Source: Acidimicrobiia bacterium
Lineage (GTDB): Bacteria > Actinomycetota > Acidimicrobiia > Spongiisociales > ZC4RG35
Reading direction: 5' to 3'
Length of the DNA stretch: 64,000 bases
Assembly: GCA_041746105.1 (NCBI GenBank)
Contig: JBGTHP010000039.1
Span: 34,201 to 98,200 of the forward strand
The notes beneath the pieces were generated by a model. It was not told the DNA's origin. It was given only the letters and a program-made list of their open reading frames with translations, and made no database searches. The position numbers and the translations under genes were made by a program. Within the stretch, counting starts at the first letter, position 1, and each line of letters opens with the position of its first letter. Positions 60,178 to 64,000 of the stretch are shown here, one piece after another.

Positions 60178-61569
60178 TCACGTCGTGACGGCGGGGTCCG
60201 GTTTTGCCACCGTCAGACTCTTCTCGAACCAGCGCCCACGGCGATACCGCATGCCCAGCATGATGATTCGAGAAGACTCTTCTCCCAACAGCCGTGCGCC
60301 GAAAACCCCCCAGAGTCCAAAACCGAGCGTTATGCCGAAGAAGTAGCTGAGTGGCAGCCCGATGACAGCCACAGTCACCAGGTCGGACCACAACAGAAAT
60401 CGTGTGTCGCCACCGCTGGCCAGAGTGCCAAACAGGAATATGTTCGAGGCCTTGACCGGAAGAAACAGGGCGTTGACGCCGATCCCGATGGCCGTCCAGG
60501 TTCGAACCTGGGATGTTGTGTTCGGGTAAAACACCTCGAGAAACGGAATGGTCGCGAGATAGATCAACCCCAATCCCACTGAGGCCTTGAGGGCAAGCCT
60601 CCAGATCGAACCGGCCCAAGCCCACACCTGTTCAGTATCACCGCTGCCGACAGCACGGGCGACGAGGACAGTCGATGCCGTATGGAACCCGAGTACGCCC
60701 ACCACAAAGATTCCCTCGATCGCGGCCACGATCTGAAAAACCGCCAGTTCGTCTGTTCCGATTCGCCCGAACAGAACCGCGTACAAGAAGACGCCTCCGC
60801 TGAAGACGATTTCGGTGATGAAAAGAGGCATGACCAACGGGATCATCCTGGCTGTGACATCACGCCCTTCGCTCACGGTCGGCATTCGAAATCCGATGCC
60901 TCTCCGGCGTCCGGCGAGGAGTCCGATCATCACGACGGCCTTCAAGGCCTGAGCGACCAGCAACCCGATCCCTGCTCCCACCTCGCCCAGTCCCTCCACA
61001 TGAACCAGCCACCACGAGAGCGGTGGGGCGAGGAGTCCAGTGCCGATCGCCACCACCATCGGGAGTCGTTGTCGCCCGATCGAGCGGAACACCATCGTCG
61101 CCACGGCCGACCCCGCGATGAACGGCAACGACAAAGCGACCAATGCCAGATAATCCTTGGCCGACTCGACAACCTCGGGGGCGGTACCGATCGCTGTCAG
61201 GAATCCGTCAGCCGAGATCAGGAACGGGGCCGCCGCCAGCAGCCCGATCCCCATCGCCAACACCATGCCGACCCAAGTCAGCCGGCTGATCGCCTCCCGA
61301 TCTGAACGACCCCAGGCTTGCGAGGCGAGGATGGCCGTCCCCGAGCCAATCGCGGACAAACACAACACGCCGATGAACAGAAGGTTGTTGGCGAGCCCAA
61401 CCGCGGCGATCGCCACCGTTCCGAGTACGCCGATGATCACCTGGTTGACGAAACCGAGGAACACCTGGAAGCTCGATTCGATGCTGACCGGAATGGCGAT
61501 CTCGAGGATCTGACTGCGGCTGACCTTGGACACGAACCGTGCATTGTCGCAGCCCCGACGACAAACCAT
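60178..61569 (-). CDS. MATE family efflux transporter
   Basis: 463 aa, 12 TM, two-fold internal repeat typical of MATE/NorM. Confidence 0.8.
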   Translation of the reverse strand: MVCRRGCDNARFVSKVSRSQILEIAIPVSIESSFQVFLGFVNQVIIGVLGTVAIAAVGLANNLLFIGVLCLSAIGSGTAILASQAWGRSDREAISRLTWVGMVLAMGIGLLAAAPFLISADGFLTAIGTAPEVVESAKDYLALVALSLPFIAGSAVATMVFRSIGRQRLPMVVAIGTGLLAPPLSWWLVHVEGLGEVGAGIGLLVAQALKAVVMIGLLAGRRRGIGFRMPTVSEGRDVTARMIPLVMPLFITEIVFSGGVFLYAVLFGRIGTDELAVFQIVAAIEGIFVVGVLGFHTASTVLVARAVGSGDTEQVWAWAGSIWRLALKASVGLGLIYLATIPFLEVFYPNTTSQVRTWTAIGIGVNALFLPVKASNIFLFGTLASGGDTRFLLWSDLVTVAVIGLPLSYFFGITLGFGLWGVFGARLLGEESSRIIMLGMRYRRGRWFEKSLTVAKPDPAVTT

Positions 61570-61698
61570 TTGCGATTAGGGCGTGACGCCCACTTGTCTC
61601 TGCGCCCTCCGGGCAGCCCCCCTTCACTCGCTCCGCTCCCAACGCCATCGTATGGCGATTGGTTGGAAGAAACGCAAGGGCGAAAGACTGACCAGTAG

Positions 61699-62718
61699 CT
61701 AGATGTTTGGCGCTACCTCTTCCGCGAGGCGTTGCATCAGTTCGACCTGCGGGGCCAGGTCCAACGTGGCGAAATAGCTACGAGCCACAAACTCGACAGG
61801 GAGCGCGGCTTGTTGGCGAATGCTCAGGAGTTCTTCAACCACCTGGCTGCTGGAGCCGGCAATGGTGGACCGCCCGAAGAGTCGTTTGTCGCGTTCGCCT
61901 TCTCCGATCGGAGGCGCCGACGGAGGCGTTCCAGGACGAGCAGTCGAAGCTTCCATGTCGGAGTACTTCCACATCATGTGCCAAAGGTGTTCGGTGTAGT
62001 TGTCCCAGGCGGACGCTTCCGATTCGTCGGGCAGCATAACCGAGTAGTGAATGATGCGAAGATCCGACAGGTCGCGACCAATCCGATCGCACTCCTCCCG
62101 CAACCAGGCGATTTGTTGCAGAAACTCGACCGCAGGCGCATTGGAGAAGATACCGTCCGCCAGACGGGCCGCCCGCTTGATCGCCGCTTCCGCTCCTCCT
62201 CCGATCAGCAGCGGGATCTTCACCGAGGGAACCGGGCGCACCGCCAGTTTCATCAGGTCATAGACCTTGCCTTGATGGTGAAAGACCTCACCGGACCAGG
62301 CCTGTCGCAGAATCTCCAGGATCTCGCTCATGGCGACACCGCGTTGTCGCATATCCGCCCGCAATCCAGCGAACTCGGTAGTGCTCCATCCCAGGCCAAG
62401 CCCCAGCGTGAAGCGGCCGCCGCTCAGCAAGCTCACGGTTGCAGCGTCCTCTGCCAGACGTAGGGGGTCGTGAAGAGGGGCGAGTATGACGCCCGTCCCG
62501 ATTTCGATCGTGGAAGTCGCCGCGGCGATGGCAGCGCTCACCACGGCCAGGGAAGGCATGTAACCGTCGTCGATGAAATGGTGTTCCGTGGTCCAGACGG
62601 AAGCCAATCCCATCCGCTCCGCCTCAACCGCCACTGCAATTGTTTCGTCGTATGCCCGGGTCCAATCGGATTCGCCTGGACGCAACTGGGCGCTGAGTAG
62701 ACCGAATCCGAGACTCAA
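61699..62718 (-). CDS. LLM-class F420-dependent oxidoreductase
   Basis: 339 aa. ASVWTTEHHF...SGGRFTLGLGLGW. Confidence 0.8.
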   Translation of the reverse strand: MSLGFGLLSAQLRPGESDWTRAYDETIAVAVEAERMGLASVWTTEHHFIDDGYMPSLAVVSAAIAAATSTIEIGTGVILAPLHDPLRLAEDAATVSLLSGGRFTLGLGLGWSTTEFAGLRADMRQRGVAMSEILEILRQAWSGEVFHHQGKVYDLMKLAVRPVPSVKIPLLIGGGAEAAIKRAARLADGIFSNAPAVEFLQQIAWLREECDRIGRDLSDLRIIHYSVMLPDESEASAWDNYTEHLWHMMWKYSDMEASTARPGTPPSAPPIGEGERDKRLFGRSTIAGSSSQVVEELLSIRQQAALPVEFVARSYFATLDLAPQVELMQRLAEEVAPNI

Positions 62719-62836
62719 TGTTTCCTCCAGCTAGCTTGGTTCGAATCTAGGCGGCGCATCATCGCTACAGCCACGTAATTGCGGAGGCGCTAATTCGCTT
62801 GTCCGAAAGTCCGCCGGCACGCCACAATGGCGCACC

Positions 62837-64000
62837 GTGTCCGATGATCAGCCCAACACCAAGATCCGTCTCGGCGCCGACTACTGGCGTCTGTGGACTG
62901 CTTCGGTCATCTCCAACCTGGGCGACGGTTTGTCCGCCATCGCCTATCCGTGGCTGACCTCGGCGGTCACCAGGAACCCACTGGCCATTGCCGGAATCGC
63001 CCTGCTCCGGTTCCTGCCCTGGCTCGTCTTCTCGCTGCCGGCGGGGGTGATCACCGATCGCTACGACCGTAGGCGCCTGGTGGCATGGATGGACACGCTT
63101 CGATTCGTGATGACGTTGCTGGTCGGAATCGCCATCCTCCCATACCAAGCAAGCCTCTCCACGCCTGTTGAGATCGCGGCCGGGACCGCCGACCCACCGC
63201 AAGGCGCCGGCTTCCTGCTGGTGGTGCTCTACGCGTCGGCTCTGATCTTCGGTTTGGCCGAGGTCCTCCGCGACAACTCGGCCCAGACGTTGCTGCCATC
63301 GCTGGTGGAGAAATCCCAACTGGAGCGAGCCAACGGGCGCATGTGGAGCGCCGAGATGGTCATGAACACATTCATCGGCCCGCCATTGGCAGGGCCGCTT
63401 CTGGCGATTGCTTTTGCCCTCCCCTTCTTCGTGGACGCCGGCAGCTTCGCGGTGGCGGCAGGGCTGATCTTCACCATCGGCGGCAAGGCGATGAAGAAAC
63501 CGGCGGCCGCGAAGGCCACGACCACCATGCGGGCAGAGTTGAAGGAGGGGTTTGGGTGGCTTTGGTCGAATCTGTTTTTGAGGCGCCTGGCCATTTGTCT
63601 TGGTCTCACCAACGGGCTCAACATGCTGGCTACGGCAACTTTCGTGCTGTTTGTGCAGGAGATCCTCCAACTCGACGCGGTTGGTTTCGGACTGCTCGGG
63701 ACCGGCTTCGCCATCGGCGGCATCCTGGGAGGAGTTGGTGGGGCGCGCATCAGTGAGAAGCTAGGCCCTGGCAGCGCCATTCTCGGCACCCTGGCGGTGA
63801 TGGCGGTTTCGATGACCATTACCGGCCTGACGTCGAGTGCCATTCTGGTTTGGGCCCTCGGGATCATTCAAGGCTTCTCTTCCACGGTTTGGAACGTGGT
63901 CACGGTGTCGCTCCGCCAATCGATCATTCCGGACCATCTACTCGGCCGGGTCAATTCCGGTTATCGGTTCTTCGGATGGGGGATGATGCCGATCGGCACG
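62837..64000 (+). CDS. MFS transporter (EntS/YbdA-like). GTG start. The C-terminus runs off the right edge.
   Basis: Translation from 62837 reads VSDDQPNTKIRLGADYWRLWTASVISNLGDGLSAIAYPWLTSAV... No stop before the window end, so it is not in the ORF track. Confidence 0.7.
   Translation, partial: MSDDQPNTKIRLGADYWRLWTASVISNLGDGLSAIAYPWLTSAVTRNPLAIAGIALLRFLPWLVFSLPAGVITDRYDRRRLVAWMDTLRFVMTLLVGIAILPYQASLSTPVEIAAGTADPPQGAGFLLVVLYASALIFGLAEVLRDNSAQTLLPSLVEKSQLERANGRMWSAEMVMNTFIGPPLAGPLLAIAFALPFFVDAGSFAVAAGLIFTIGGKAMKKPAAAKATTTMRAELKEGFGWLWSNLFLRRLAICLGLTNGLNMLATATFVLFVQEILQLDAVGFGLLGTGFAIGGILGGVGGARISEKLGPGSAILGTLAVMAVSMTITGLTSSAILVWALGIIQGFSSTVWNVVTVSLRQSIIPDHLLGRVNSGYRFFGWGMMPIGT

Noticed and set aside
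62765-63867. Minus-strand ORFs of 301 and 212 aa at the right end
   Set aside because: Antisense to the partial MFS transporter that starts at 62837 (+).

Overview
High-GC (about 65-68%) actinobacterial chromosomal segment. The housekeeping backbone is collinear with the Mycobacterium tuberculosis Rv3596c-Rv3661 region: clpC, lysS, coaX, panC, folK/folB/folP/folE, ftsH, hpt, tilS, sigH-rshA, tRNA-Thr, holB, tmk, topA, a DEXH helicase, a Tad/Flp pilus locus, and a HAD-IB hydrolase. Interspersed are F420-type LLM oxidoreductases, an H+-pyrophosphatase, PolX, a second FtsH, glnII, and several transporters.

The unusual part is an ~10.7 kb block (1964-12690) sitting between clpC and lysS, where mycobacteria carry lsr2. 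It holds flagellar late and regulatory genes: fliM, fliA, two flgN-like genes, csrA, fliW, flgL, flgK and flbD. It also holds a signalling module whose c-di-GMP-type domains are all catalytically degenerate. That module comprises an HPt-REC-GGDEF*-REC hybrid protein, a CheY-like receiver, a standalone GGDEF* protein with DDMSF in place of GGDEF, and a 7TM protein carrying an HD* domain.

Five small indels cluster in four flagellar genes: flgK has one frameshift, flgL has two, fliA has one plus a missing stop, and fliM is C-terminally truncated. By contrast, every large housekeeping ORF I checked (ftsH x2, topA, lysS, hppA, helicase, polX) is intact. This looks like a decaying flagellar locus that retains an intact but orphaned fliW-csrA partner-switch pair and its degenerate signalling proteins. 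No flagellin or core basal-body genes are present in the window.

Other notable items: a FolK fused to an ICMT/PEMT-like membrane methyltransferase domain; a tRNA-Thr followed by a 41-nt duplicate of its 3' end; and a GlnR-box-like element upstream of glnII. No CRISPR array, integrase or transposase was seen.
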